A stretch of 64,000 nt of DNA, from assembly GCF_964213995.1 (NCBI RefSeq), contig NC_135810.1, positions 54,498,001-54,562,000 of the forward strand, read 5' to 3'. Shown in pieces: positions 1 to 12,558 of this stretch. Under the pieces are notes generated by a model, which was given only the letters and a program-made list of their open reading frames with translations, searched no databases and had not been told where the DNA came from. Position 1 is the first letter of the stretch, and each line of letters begins with the position of its first letter. Origin of the DNA: Mustelus asterias. Taxonomy: Eukaryota. The position numbers and the translations under genes are program-made.

Positions 1-419
1 ATATCATATTGTATGCACCATGATGTTAGTGTCCTTGAGCACACAATTATGCCAAGGAATGCTTATAAACCTCTGAACCTTTGTGCAGCAGACGAATCCA
101 GCTTTTAATTTTTATCCCGACTTCACAGGGGAAATCACGCTTTTTAATCTTATAACTCTGGGTTCCCTCACAATGTTCACACTGCTGGCAGATGTCACAT
201 GTTCAGCTCGACAGGATAAATTAGAGTTATCAACCCAATTCCACAGGGAGAAAGTTCTCCTTAAACTTGACCAGACCCTATCTGAAATATTGGCCCAGGT
301 TTCCAGTCAGCTACTGAGCAGTGCTTTCTCACTGCTTATCCAGTGCTCAAGCCTTTGGATATTCCTGTCCCAGCTCCAGCTTGAATCCTGCACCGAGCAA
401 TCTGGGGAGGCCTTGTGGC

Positions 420-800
420 AAAACCTAATTGCACTGATGCCCTTTATCATGTCGAATGAGGAAAGGTTCAGCAGGTTGGGCCTATACTTTGTGCAGTTTG
501 GAGGAATGGGAGGTGATGCTATTGAAACATGTGAGGTTCTGAAGGGGCTCAACAAGGGAGGTGCTGAGAGTAGATCCTGAGAGGAACTCTCCTTGGAATG
601 TTCTTCCATAGAGAACAGTGGAGACTGGGTCATTGAATATATTCAAGGCTGAGTAAGACAGATTTCTGATTAAAAAGGGAGTCAAAGGTTATGGGAGCAG
701 GCAGGAAAGTGAAGGTAAAGCCAGTCAGATGAGCCACGATCTTATCAAATGGCTGAGTTTGATTGGCAGAATAGTCTACAACTTCTCCTAATTCTTCTGA
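420..800 (+). mobile_element. Degenerate CR1 LINE 3' fragment
   Basis: Translation RFSRLGLYFVQFGGMGGDAIETCEVLKGL resembles the CR1 ORF2 C-terminal motif LGLFSLERRRLRGDLIEVYKI seen intact at 956-1690. Confidence 0.6.
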
Positions 801-964
801 TTTTATGAATACATATCCCTTAAGTTCATTGACCTGAAGAGATTTTAAATCTCTTGTCTTTGTTAGGTTTCTTCCTCAACCACTCACATCACTGCTCAGC
901 CTCCCCTAACACCGTTTCCCCTCCATAATCTCTGATACTGGTCACAACACCAGTTGTGACACTC

Positions 965-1773
965 AAGAAATGGCAAATGGAGTTTAACCCTGACAAATGC
1001 GAGGTGATTCATTTTGGTAGGACAAATTTAAATGTGGATTACAGGGTCAAAGGTAGGGTTCTGAAGAATGTGGAGGAACAGAGAGATCTTGGGGTTCATA
1101 TCCATAGGTCTCTGAAGGTTGCCACTCAAGTGGATAGAGCCGTGAAGAAGGCCTATAGTGTGTTGGCATTCATTAACAGGGGGTTGGAGTTTAAGAGCCG
1201 TGGGGTTATGCTGCAACTGTACAGGACCTTGCTGAGACCACATTTGGAATATTGTGTGCAGTTCTGGTCACCACACTACAAGAAGGATGTGGAGACACTG
1301 GAAAGAGTGCAGAGGAGATTTACCAGGATGCTGCCTGGTTTGGAGGGTAGGTCTTATGAGCAAAGGTTGAGGGAACTTGGGCTTTTCTCTTTGGAGCGGA
1401 GGAGGTTGAGAGGAGACTTGATAGAGGTTTATAAGATGATGAGGGGGATAGATAGAGTGAACGTTCAAAGACTATTTCCTCGGGTGAATGGAGCGGTAAC
1501 TAGGGGGCATAACTATAGGGTTCATGGTGGGAGATATAGGAAGGATGTCCGAGGTAGGTTTTTTACTCAGAGAGTGGTTGGGGTGTGGAATGGACTGCCT
1601 GCAGGGATAGTGGAGTCAGAAACTTTAGGAACATTTAAGAAGCTATTGGATAGGCACATGGAGTACTTCGGGATGATAGGGAGGAAATAGCTTGATCTGG
1701 GTTTCAGACAAAGCTCGGCACAACATCGTGGGCCGAAGGGCCTGTTCTGTGCTGTACTGTTCTATGTTCTATG
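965..1773 (+). mobile_element. CR1-clade LINE (HER1-like), 5'-truncated 3' end
   Basis: ORF with KWQMEFNPDKCEVIHFG, RPHLEYCVQFWSP and LGLFSLERRRLRGDLIEVYK; tail gggccgaagggcctgttctgtgctgtactgttctatgttctatg. Confidence 0.92.
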
Positions 1774-1984
1774 AATGGTGGTAGACAATTTTAAACAAAT
1801 ATTAAATATCCTTACCCTAAAGGATGGGGGATTGCATTTACAATACAATCTTTGTAAAGCTGCATTTACAACCATCTTTGGCCTAAAGTGCGGAGAAGAT
1901 TCCAATTTTGGCTTCCTCCAGAGATGTCCAGTATCTCACATGCCAGTCTTCAGCCAATTCAGTTCACGCCACCTGATATAAGTA

Positions 1985-3000
1985 GTAACTAAAGATATTG
2001 CAAAGGCTCTGGGCCTTGACAACATTCCAGCAGCAGTGCTAGAGATGATCTCCAAAACAATCTTTGTCACGAGCCAAGATGCTCCAGTACAGCTACAACA
2101 CTGGCATCTGCCGGAACAGGTGGAAAATTGTCCATGTATGTCTTGTTCACAAAAAGCATGACAAATTCAATCCTACCAATTACCTCCCCATCAGGTCTAA
2201 CCTTGAGTGTCAGTGAAGTGATGGAAGGAGTCATTTGAAGAGCTATTAAATAGCACTGACACAGCCAGTACATGCTCACTGATGTTCTGCTAGGACTACT
2301 CATCTCCTGAACTCATTACAGTTTTGATCCAAGAACATGGACAGAAAAGCTGAACTCAAGAGGTGAGATGACAGTGAATGTCTTTGACATCAAGTCAGTA
2401 TTTGACAGAGTGTGGTATCAAGGAGCCTTAGCAAAACTAAAGTGAATGGGAATCATGGAGAAAATTCTCCACTGGTTGGAGTCATACTTGGCACAAAGGA
2501 AGATGGTTGTATTACGAGAGGTCAATCATCTCATTTCCAGGACATCTCTGCAGAAATTCCTCAGGGTAATGTCCTAGGCCCAACCATCTTCAGCTGCTTC
2601 ATCAATGACCTTCTCTCCATCATTAAGTCAGGATATTCGCTGATGATTGCACAATGCAAATTGCACATTTGCAACTCCTCAGATACTAAAGTGGTCTTTG
2701 TCCAAAAGCAGCAAGACCTGGACAATGTTGATGCTTGGGCTGATATGTGACATGTATCATTCGCACTACTGACCACCTTCAAGTTCTCCTCCAAGCCACA
2801 TACCATCCTGTCTTGGAACTATATCACCGTTCCTTCACTGTCACTGGGTCAAAATCCTGGAATACCCTATGTACAGCACTGTGGGTTTACCTACACCACT
2901 TGGCAGTTCAAGAAGGCAGTTCACCACCACCTTAAGAGGAAGTAGGGGTGTGCAATAAATATTGATCTAGCCAGTGATGCCCACATCCTATAAAATAATT
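1985..3000 (+). mobile_element. Degenerate CR1-group LINE fragment (second family)
   Basis: RT motif remnant PQGNVLGPTIFSCFINDL; tail gcaataaat...gccagtgatgcccacatcc recurs inverted at 10020-10265. Confidence 0.75.
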
Positions 3001-3129
3001 TTTAAAAAATCTTCCCAAAAGGTTATGGATTCTCGGACAACGAGAATTTAAGGGTGACAGAGATACATGTTTGTTAGGGTTATGGCGTTAAGGTGGGTAA
3101 ATGTAATTGAGGGACAAATCAGACATAGA

Positions 3130-3665
3130 ATCAGAGATGAGTTACAGCTGAGAAGGAGACTATTGGCTTGTCATGTCCACGCCAGCTCTCAGTAAAAACT
3201 CATCTAATCTCACTCTGCCTTTTCCCCATAGCCTTGCAAATTATTTTCTCTTAAAAATGATCCAATTCTTTCTTTGAAAGCCATGATTGAATTTGCCACC
3301 ATCACATTCTCAGCAGTGCATGGCAGATCCTAATCACTTATTGAGTGATTACAGTTTTTCCTCATATTACCATTGCTTATTTTGCAAATCACTTAAATCT
3401 TTGCCCTTTGGTTCTTCATCTTTCCACCAAAGGGAACAGTACCCTACCTACTCTGTCCAGACACTCCATGATTTTCAACACCATTATCAAGTCACTCCTC
3501 CCCCTTCCCTCCAAAAGGACCCTCCGGGTTTGTCAATTTATCCATGTAACTGAAGTTTCTCAGCCCATTCTTGTAAATGTTTTCTGCACGCTCTTCAATA
3601 CCTTCCCATCCTTCCTTAAGTGCAGTGTCCAGATTTGGACGCAATGTCCCAGTTCAGGATAAACC
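3130..3665 (-). mobile_element. Degenerate CR1 LINE 3' fragment
   Basis: Reverse complement resembles the CR1 3' region (VQIWT motif region and tail) found elsewhere in the window. Confidence 0.55.
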
Positions 3666-3737
3666 CTTATCTTAAAGATAAAAGCAAAATACTGCAGATG
3701 TTGGAATCTGAAACAAAAACAGAAAATGCTGTAAAAT

Positions 3738-4068
3738 GGGGCGGCACGGTAGCACAGTGGTTAGCACTGCTGCTTCACAGCTCCAGGGACCTGGGTTCGA
3801 TTCCCGGCTTGGGTCACTGTCTGTGTGGAGTTTGCACATTCTCCTCGTGTCTGCGTGGGTTTCCTCCGGGTGCTCCGGTTTCCTCCCACAGTCCAAAGAT
3901 GTGTGGGTTAGGTTGATTGGCCATGCTAAAAATTGCCCTTAGTGTCCTGGGATGTGTAGGTTAGAGGGATTAGTGGGTAAATATATGGGGGTAGGGCCTG
4001 AGTGGGATTGTGGTTGGTGCAGACTCGATGGGCCAAATGGCCTCTTTCTGTACTGTAGGGTTTCTATG
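3738..4068 (+). mobile_element. HE1-type tRNA-derived SINE of elasmobranchs
   Basis: A-box-like ggtagcacagtggttagc, B-box gggttcgattccc, body gtgtggagtttgcacattctcc...ggtttcctcccacagtccaaagatgtg, and a 3' tail shared with the CR1 at 965-1773. It splits a Penelope-type end fragment (3680-3732 / 4069-4146). Confidence 0.9.
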
Positions 4069-4819
4069 AAAATCTCAACAGGTCTGACAGCATCTGTGAG
4101 GAGAGAACAGAGCCAACATTTAGAGTCTGGATGACCCTTTGTCAGAGTGAGTATCTTATAAAGGTTCTATAATTTCCTTGCTTTTGTACTCAATGGGTGG
4201 AATTTTACCATCTCGCCCACCACAGGAATTAAAACAGGCGGGACATCGACCATACAAAGGTCCATTGACCTCAGGTGGGATTTTCCAACCTTGGAGAGAG
4301 TCTGCAGATAATGCATTGGATTTATCAACTTTAGAGACATTAGCTTTATCAGCGGCAGAAAATGTCTCTCTAAAACCCAGGATCTCAAATGCCTTATTAA
4401 CTGTTTTCTTAACTCTCCGTACCATCTTCAACAATTTGTGCACACATATCCCCAGGTATCTCTGCTCCTGCACCTCCTTTAAAATGGTAACCTTTATTTT
4501 ATATTGCCTTTCTTCTTGCTTGCTATTATGAAGTTTGAAATTGTGCCCTGCACACCCAAATCTATTGCCAGAATTTTACCACCTCGCCTGCCCGAGGCTC
4601 ATAAGATCCCACCTGAGGCCAATAGAGAATGCTGTTCCTGTATGTCGATAAAATTCCGGCACGTCATTATTATAGATCAAGAAGCGCAGCAATCCAATGG
4701 TGAACCTTTGGATACCTCCTCCTGTCTGAAAAACAATTGTTTCTCGTCTCTCAGAGAAATTCGTTTGCTGTGGTCCTTTTTATTCCATGGGCTTCTCCTT
4801 TTTAGGCAGTCCCTTAGGT

Positions 4820-5250
4820 TCGAGGATGATCTGCTTTGACACTGGCTTGATAAATTCTAAGATGGCTGATAAATTCAGTGCATTATCTGCAGCCTCTACT
4901 GCATATGGGGCAGCTGGTGCTTGAAAGGTTGGGCAGATGGCTTGTTTGGAAGTTTGTATACTCCCTCCAATGCCTCAACTTTGCTTCTGCAGGTTTCCAA
5001 TTAAGTAGCTCAATGTGTTTGGTGCATTCCCAAATGAGCCTTTGCCATTTTGGTCGCTCACAAACTAAAGTTTCCCATGAGTCTGTGGGGCTTAAGTTCA
5101 TCAGTGATGCATCGATGACCTCTCCAAAGAATTTCTGCCATCCTCCCGGGAGTCTGTTGCTATGAATGAGTTGAGCAATTGCTCCGGAGTCTGGTCTCAG
5201 ATATACAAGTGACATTTCTGGCCCAGTGCAGCTGGTTTTGAGTGATTAGC
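4820..5250 (-). mobile_element. RTE-clade LINE 3' fragment
   Basis: Minus-strand peptide DSWETLVCERPKWQRLIWEC...SCPICSRGCR, typical of the RTE ORF C-terminus. Confidence 0.65.
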
Positions 5251-5639
5251 AGCTCAAGCTAAACTTTGCTGAGAAACCTGTCATGTGATGCTTTATAAAA
5301 TGCCTTTTGAAAATCCCAGTACACCACATTATCCTCATTAACCATCCACATTGCTTCAAAAAACTCAAATCAAATTCGTTAACCATGATTTTCCCTAAAG
5401 AAATCAGTGCTGGTTTTCTTTAATTAATCCACATTTAATTCTGTCCCAGATCATCATTTTTAGAAGTTTTCCCACCACTGAGGTTAAACTGCCTGGATGC
5501 ATACGGTTTTGAGCCATTCCAGATGATCAGCCAGTATTGTAGCGCCAAGTCTGGTGTCAAGTTTGAAGTGGAGATGCCGGCGTTGGAGCGTCAAGTTTGA
5601 AGTCAGTTTTAAAGCCTTTAACTTCCATAGTGACTGACC

Positions 5640-6250
5640 CAAAAGTCTTGTTTGTGATCCCTTAGGAAATCTATATTCTCATTTCTTGCTTTATTCACAA
5701 TTTCTTGAATTGTCAGCATTTCATAGACATTCTCTTGCCTTCTTCCTTCAATTCTTTTTTAGATTTACAGAACTGCATCAAGTGTCTTGTCTTTCCACAT
5801 TGGAAATACTCTGTACCTCCTGCCAGGCAATCTTGCTGCAGCATAAGCACCTCAAGATGGCTTTTGTAGCGTTTCCAGCCCTTTTGCTCATTTTGGCAGG
5901 TTTTATTTTGGGTGTGGATGCCACTTTTGGGCCTAACCACCAGAGTTATCCAAAGCCTTGGTATTTTGACAGATTATTGCCCGAATGTGCTCCCTAACTT
6001 TGACCTGTCACGTATATAGAACCACTTTGGGTTGAGGAATGCAATGAATGCTTTTAGAACATTTTCCAAGTCTGAAAAGAGCTCCTCTCTGCCCTGTGTC
6101 AGGAAGACATCAGAAATAGGCGAACTAACCTGGCATGCAAACCCAACACTTCTCAATAGTGTTGGAAGTGTTCATTCCACAACTCCCAACGTTGGCTCCT
6201 CTGTGGACCTTGAAGATTTTTGAACGTCTGCGGAAAGGTCAGTGACTGCT
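5640..6250 (-). mobile_element. Decayed Gypsy-like LTR retrotransposon gag remnant
   Basis: Collinear peptides DLENVLKAFIAFLNPK and QDCLAGGTEYFQCGKTRHLMQFCKS (degenerate zinc knuckle, cf. CPAxGxxCxxCGKxxHFxxxCxS), separated by stops. Confidence 0.55.
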
Positions 6251-6324
6251 CGACTGGCAGTTGGATTGCTACTGATTATCAGTTTGCTCTCATCAAGGGA
6301 AGTATTCTTATTCTTCCTTTCAAA

Positions 6325-6625
6325 TCTTTTTTCCACCTTTTTCCTTCGGGAAAAAGATACAAAAGTCTGAGGTCACGTACCAACCGACTCAGAGGTAGAG
6401 GTAAAGACTCAAGAACAGCTTCTTCCCTGTTGTGCTGTCAGGCTTTTGAATGAACCTTGCATTAAGTTGATCTTTCTTTACACCCCAGCTATGACTGTAA
6501 GACTATATTCTGCACTCTCTCGTTTCCTTCTCTATGAACGGTATGCTTTGTCTGCATAGGCGCAAGAAACAATACTTTTCACTGTAAATACATGTGACAG
6601 TAATAAATCAAAAATCAAATCAAAG
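6325..6625 (+). mobile_element. Rex1/Babar-like LINE 3' end
   Basis: FHLFPSGKRYKSLRSRTNRL C-terminal motif followed by an aataaatcaaaatcaaatcaaa tail; a related tail occurs near 22600-22975. Confidence 0.7.
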
Positions 6626-7583
6626 AATTTCTCTTCCAATTTCTCCTTGTAGATGTGTTACCAATGGCACCAAATCAGTGTTAGATTGATGTCTCTACCT
6701 CTGCTACCATGTTTTGTGGCTTACTTCATGGCCTAATTTATACTGGGAGGGGTTCCCTCTATGCATGGGGCCTTATGTTTGACTGGGGTAGATTTCTTCA
6801 AAATTATTTTATTTGCATGATAACCTACTCGTTAAGTGCATCTCTCGTGTGTGCGCTATTCCATCGTCTCCTTAGGATCTCCAGCACATGACTCTGATGT
6901 CACTGTTACGTCATGATACACATCAACATCTCATGAGCACAACTATTAACCTACTTTGCTACAACAGGTACAGACAAAGCCCTAAGGCTGACCTGGAAAT
7001 CTAATTGTCACTCAAACAACAACAAGAGTGATGTTTGGTGAGCATCCTGACAGAAAGATCAAACTTTTTTTTGTTGTTCTTAAAGGAATGGGCAGCTTCT
7101 CTCTGGAAGGACCAGCTGGTAAGGTGGCTGTTTGGAACCGCCCAGCCGCTAATCTTCATTGTTTAATATCAGGTTAATTTAAAATAACATTTTTGGCCAT
7201 TCTGTGCCCACAAATAAATATCCTATTGATTGCCTGAGGCTTGGCATTACTAAATTCAAAACATTGGACATAAGATGATCCAGTGCTCGAATAGACATGG
7301 ACCCACTGAAAGTTGGACTGCCTGGCACAAAACCAGAAGAATGGCCAACCTACCGAGTTCGCTACATTCCGCCTGCAGGATCTCATCCCTCTTTCTCCCT
7401 CTGCTGGATACACATCCCCTGGCCAGATTAATTCAATGGTTGAATAACTTAGTCATGTTCCCATGTTCCAAATTAATTGGTAATCTACGTGATAATTTAT
7501 CTGGCCAATTACTTCTCATTGATTATCTTTTAAATTTTAGATAACTTTTCTTTGTGAACTTACATGCTTACTTTTAACTTTTA

Positions 7584-8046
7584 GGGCCCTATTTTACCAT
7601 TTTGATTCCAAGAGCTGGGCAGACTTGAAACTGAGTGTTTCAGATCCGACTTTTAGTCCTGTTCTCAGGCGCCCCCATACGCACTCTGCCTGCAAAAATA
7701 TCAGCGATTCCGAATCAGCCGACCCTCACTGATGAAGCGCCTGATTCAGACTTTTATTCAGCAGGTCCATTACGGCGCGGTTCCGAATTGGCAAACGCGG
7801 TGGTAAAGGGGGAAATGCTGATAAAGTTGGGCGGGCAGTTCATTAATTCAATTTAAATGCATGCAAATGCATTTAAATCCCCGTTGCGCCCGTTTTGGGC
7901 ATGAAGCGGATCGCCATCATTCCCGGGTTTCGGTAAAGTGGCGATCTGTGCAGATGCAGGTGCGGATCGTGATAATGGCCTCTCACCCGACTTTACCACG
8001 TTTTCGCGCCCGAAATCGGGCGTGAGGCAATGGTAAAATAGGGCCC
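7584..8046. mobile_element. Non-autonomous TIR DNA element (probable PIF/Harbinger MITE), short version
   Basis: Perfect terminal inverted repeats GGGCCCTATTTTACCATT...AATGGTAAAATAGGGCCC; internally deleted, inverted relative of 11614-12558. Confidence 0.85.
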
Positions 8047-9489
8047 AATGTTACCATGGTTAAAATGACATCGTTTTTTGCGGTTTCACCTGTGTCCCTT
8101 TAAAAACATTGATATACTAATGTATTAAAATAAGGGATTAAAATGTTTTTAACTTCATTAAAGTCCCCTGATTTCCAATTTAATTCTTATCCTCACTATA
8201 ACATCACACTAATATCTGCATCAAAGTACCTTTGGGCACCCTTTCAATTTAGCTGACACAAGTTAATGGAGACAGTTCTTTTCATGGGGTATTTTCTCGG
8301 TAACCAATTATTTCCTGGGGTCTGTCAATAAGAATATATTTAAATGCCAGGGCTAATGAAATTACTGAATGAGGACAATCTGCATGATTTTATTTTGGGC
8401 ACAACATTTTAAATTAGCAGGGTTCAGTTTCAATTCTGTGGAATAGTCGCTGAATGAACAGAGAGTATTTACATATGGAACAAACTTCTCTGCTTTCAAG
8501 GTTTGGACTTGGATGAAGATTTCCAAATAGGTCCTGTCTCTGATAAATAGTATCTTGAATTTACTGACACATCTCATCCAATATTATTGTCAAATGCATT
8601 CTATTTGAATGCACTTGCAATTGATGATATGTTTGATTAGAGCCTGTAATTCATATAGTAGATATCCCAGCAGGTGGTAGTGCCTGAATGTTTATAGAAT
8701 ATTGAATTTGTGGCATTCAATTCGCTGAACATTTTGCATGCAATTCTCATTACCCATGTAAAAAGTGATTAGCATAATATCCTATGCATCTGATTTCACT
8801 TGAACTCTAAATTTCTTAATGGACAACATGAACATGACTGCTGAAAATTTAACTTTGCCGATGAACTTTCAACTTAAGGCAATGTTTAGCTACAATTTTA
8901 ACTGCAATTGTTCCACTTTCAGCTTCATATTAGAAGAGTACTCGACAATCACGAATACAAATGATAAGTTTAGAAAATTCTCAGCACACTTGGAAACAAT
9001 TTTCCTGTTCAGCCCAACATATAATAAATTTCACACTCATCTCCACATGATTTCATCTTCATTCGAGAACCCACTTCCAATTAAATAGTATCGAGTAGAT
9101 TTAGATTGTCACCCATGATGCAATATTTCACAGGCCACGAGTATAGATAGTGCATTTCCAGGCCTCGCACCTTTGATTTGGAAATCAAGCTAAGAGTTAC
9201 CTCAACCCTTGAAACTCAGGGAAATTCAAACCGTTTGGTCCACTTTCCAACTTGTGACATAGAACAGAGAACTGAAAAAAGGGATAAATTATTTATTAGC
9301 TATCGAGCAATGGTTTCCATTTGTGGGTGAGCCCAGATCAAGGGTTATAAACATAAGATCGCCGTTAATAAATCATAGAAAGAAGTTTAAAGGGATTTCT
9401 TTACACAGTGAGAGTGGTGTAAGAGTGGAATTCACTGTCATATGGAGTGTTTGAAGCAGAAAGAGCAAATGGCTTTAAGTTGAGGCTTA

Positions 9490-11270
9490 CTTTATCCCAG
9501 ATAGTGTTGAACTTCGAGAGTATTTTTGGAATTGCACTCATTCAAACAAGTGGAGAGTATTTCATCACGCTCCTAACTTGTACCTTACAGGTGGTGGACA
9601 AGCTCTAGGAATGCAGAGGTGTTATTCACTACAGAATTCCCAGCCTTTAACCTGCTTTTGTGGCCACAGTATTTATATGGCTGGTCCAGTTCAGTTTCCG
9701 GTCAATAGTAACCCCAGGATGTTTTTGGTGGGGATGGTAATGCCGTTGAATGTCCAGGGGAGATGGTTAAATTCTCTCTTGTTGGAGATGTGCATTGCCT
9801 GGCACTTGCATAACTTGTAGCTTCACCAGGTTCACAGCTCATTTTAAGCATGGCTGATGCTGTTCCTGGTATGCTCTCCTGCACTCCTCATTGAACTAGA
9901 GTTGCCACCTTGGCTTGATGGTGACAGTGTAGTGAAAGATATACAAAGTCATGAGTACTCAGACTTTGGTTGAATTCCACTGCTGCTACTGAAGGTGCAC
10001 GAATACTTTTTTTAAAAATTCATTCATGGGACATGGGCGTTGCTGGCTGGCCAGCATTTATTGCCCATCTCGAGTTGCCCTTGAAAAGGTGGTGGTGAGC
10101 TGCCTTCCTGAATCGCTGCAGTCCATGTTCTGTGGATTGACCAAAAATGCCATTAGGGAGGGAATTCCAGGATTTTGACCCAGCGACTGCGAAGAAACAG
10201 CAATATATTTCCAAGTCAGGATGGTGAGTGACTTGGAGGGGAACTTGCAGGTGTCGTATTCCCAATTATCTGGGAACAGATAATTGTACTAGATGGAAGG
10301 GGTTGTGGGCTTGCAAGGTGCTGTCTAAGTATCTTTAGTGAATTGCTGCAGTGCATCTTGTAGAAGGTACACACCGCTGCTACTGAGCGTCGGTGGTGGA
10401 GGGATTGAATGGAGGCACCACTTATGGATGCCCAATTTTGATGTTAGATTGTTTTGACTCTATCCCATTTAGCATGGTGGTAGTGGCACACCACATGAGG
10501 GACAGTATCCTCATATGAATCTGGGACTTTGTATCCATAAAGACTGTGCAATATTCTCCCATCAGTACTCTTGTGGACCGATGCACGTGTGACAAATGGG
10601 GGGTGGGGGCGGGGGGGTCAAGTATGTTTTTCCCTCCTGTTGGTTCCCTCACCACCACCTGCTGCAGTTTGGAAGATACATCCTTCATGACACAGCCTGT
10701 TCATTCAGTGGTGTTACCAAGCAACTCTTGGTGATGGTCTTTGAAGTTCCCCACCCTGAATACATTCTCTGCCCTTGCTGCCCTCAGTGCCTCTTTCAAC
10801 TATTGTTCAACATGGAGGAGTGATGGTCATCAGCAGGAAGTTTCTTTGCTCCTGTTTGGCCTGATGGCATGAGATTTCAGGGGCTCCGAAGTCAATGTTG
10901 ACTCCCAAGGCAATTTCTTCCTGGCGGTATAGCACTGTGTCCCTGCCTCTCATGCAGAGCAGGTATACCCAAGGATGGTAATGGTGGAGTCTGAGTTACT
11001 CATTATAGGTATGGTTCAGTGAGCCATATGTCAGGCTGTTGGCTTGATCAGTCTGTGAAACATCCCTCCCAATTTTGGCACAAACCCCTCAATATTTGTG
11101 AGGAGGACTTTACAGAGTATGGTGTGCCATTGTCATTCCAGGTGCCTAGGTTGATGCTCATCCCGTTTCTCACATTTCTGCAATGGTTTGGTATAACTGT
11201 ATGCCTTGCTCAGCTATTTCAGAGGGCAGTTAAGAGTCAACCACATAGTTTGTGTTTGGAATATCCTGTA
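9490..11270 (-). mobile_element. Nested degenerate CR1-group LINE fragments
   Basis: Contains a less-diverged 3' tail at 10020-10390 (GSKSWNSLPNGI...GLQRFRKAAHHHL) homologous to 2770-2990; flanks resemble the same family. Confidence 0.65.
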
Positions 11271-11613
11271 GGCTTCGGTTATATCTCTCACCACCTGGTT
11301 ATCTTGAAGAGAACACTCACTCCTATTGCCTCCCTTTCACCTTTAAAGTATACAATTAGCTTCTATTCTTCCACTTCTCTTATCCCTTAATACACTCCCC
11401 TCTGAAGGTAACAAGAGGCCTCCTTGTCCCTTCCCTCTCCTCCTTCCTCAATCCTGTATCCCTTTCCTTGCTACCATGTGTCCCAGCAACCTAACACTTC
11501 CTGTCCTCTTTAATTTTCATTTGCAGCCGAAGCACCTAGCCAGCTTTCCAACAATAAGTTGGGAATCAAGCAATTTGTTTTTAAGATGTTTATAGCACTA
11601 TGTTCCATTCATT

Positions 11614-12558
11614 GGGCCCGATTTTACCATTGCGTTGCACCCATTTTCAGGCACGAAAACTTGATAAAGTTGGGCGTAAGGCGAATAGCACGATCTGCGC
11701 CAACGCCAATTCCCCCTTTACCAAGGCCCGAAAATGGATGCAATTGGGACAGCGCCCAAAATGGGCGTGACGTCAATTTAAATGCATTTGCATACATTTA
11801 AATTGACTTAATGGGCTGCACGCCCAAACGTACCAGCATTTCCCCCTTTACCATCGCGTTCGCCCGTCCAGATATGGCTGAAAAAGACCTGCTCGGCAAA
11901 AGTCTGTTTCAGGCGCTCCAGCTTTTGAAGAGGTAAGTTCAGAGCTTCCGGCTGCTCTCTGACTCAGATCGGTGGTGGGGGGGGTCGTGGAGCAGGGAGG
12001 CCAGATCATTCTCTGGTGGGCGAGATTGGGGAGGGTGTAGGTGAGGATGGAGGCCAAATTGTTCTCTGGTGGGGGAGAGGTGGGTGAGGAGGAGGGCCAG
12101 ATGGATCTCTGGTGGGGGGGGGTCCACTGCCACTCTGCAGGTGATCGGTGAGGGGTTGCGAAGAGGGGCTCCGCTGCCACTCTGCAGGCGATCGGTGGGG
12201 GGGGGGCAGGGGGGAAGGGAGGCAGGGGGTCACATTCGGTCTGGGTAGCAGGGGGAGGGGTGGGTGGATAAGGGGGACGGTTATGTTGTGGGGGCCATAT
12301 CTCCCATTTTATGCGGCCTGGGAGCGATGTGGCAGGGCAGCGTTTTTCAAATTGATTTTACTGCGCATGCGCAGTTGAAGACTCCCATTGGAGCAGCAGC
12401 GTTTCAGGTGTGATAAGCCCCGCCCACAGTGCGATTCAGACTCGCAACTTTTTTTTTCAGGCCGAGTGCGGATGGAGGCGCCTGAGAACAGGTTTCCAAG
12501 TCGGATCTGAATCATGCCCAGATTCAGCACTAAGAATCAAAATGGTAAAATCGGACCC
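11614..12558. mobile_element. Non-autonomous TIR DNA element (probable PIF/Harbinger MITE)
   Basis: TIRs gggcccgattttaccatt / aatggtaaaatcggaccc; G-rich internal tandem units; homologous to 7584-8046 and 40344-41295. Confidence 0.85.

Noticed and set aside
83-580. 165-aa + strand ORF as a host gene
   Set aside because: Non-ATG start, its 3' third is CR1-derived, and no family motif was recognised in the rest.
3738-3810. tRNA gene
   Set aside because: The A/B boxes belong to a SINE head that continues into the HE1 body and tail.
8225-9280. Minus-strand exon-like segments (about 8231-8322 and 9201-9271) of a divergent gene
   Set aside because: Splice-like signals are present, but the first has stops in all frames and neither peptide is recognisable; a non-coding transcript cannot be excluded.
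11960-12290. CRISPR-like or Pro/Gly-rich coding repeats
   Set aside because: Degenerate G-rich minisatellite inside a eukaryotic MITE; no constant repeat-spacer structure and no cas genes.
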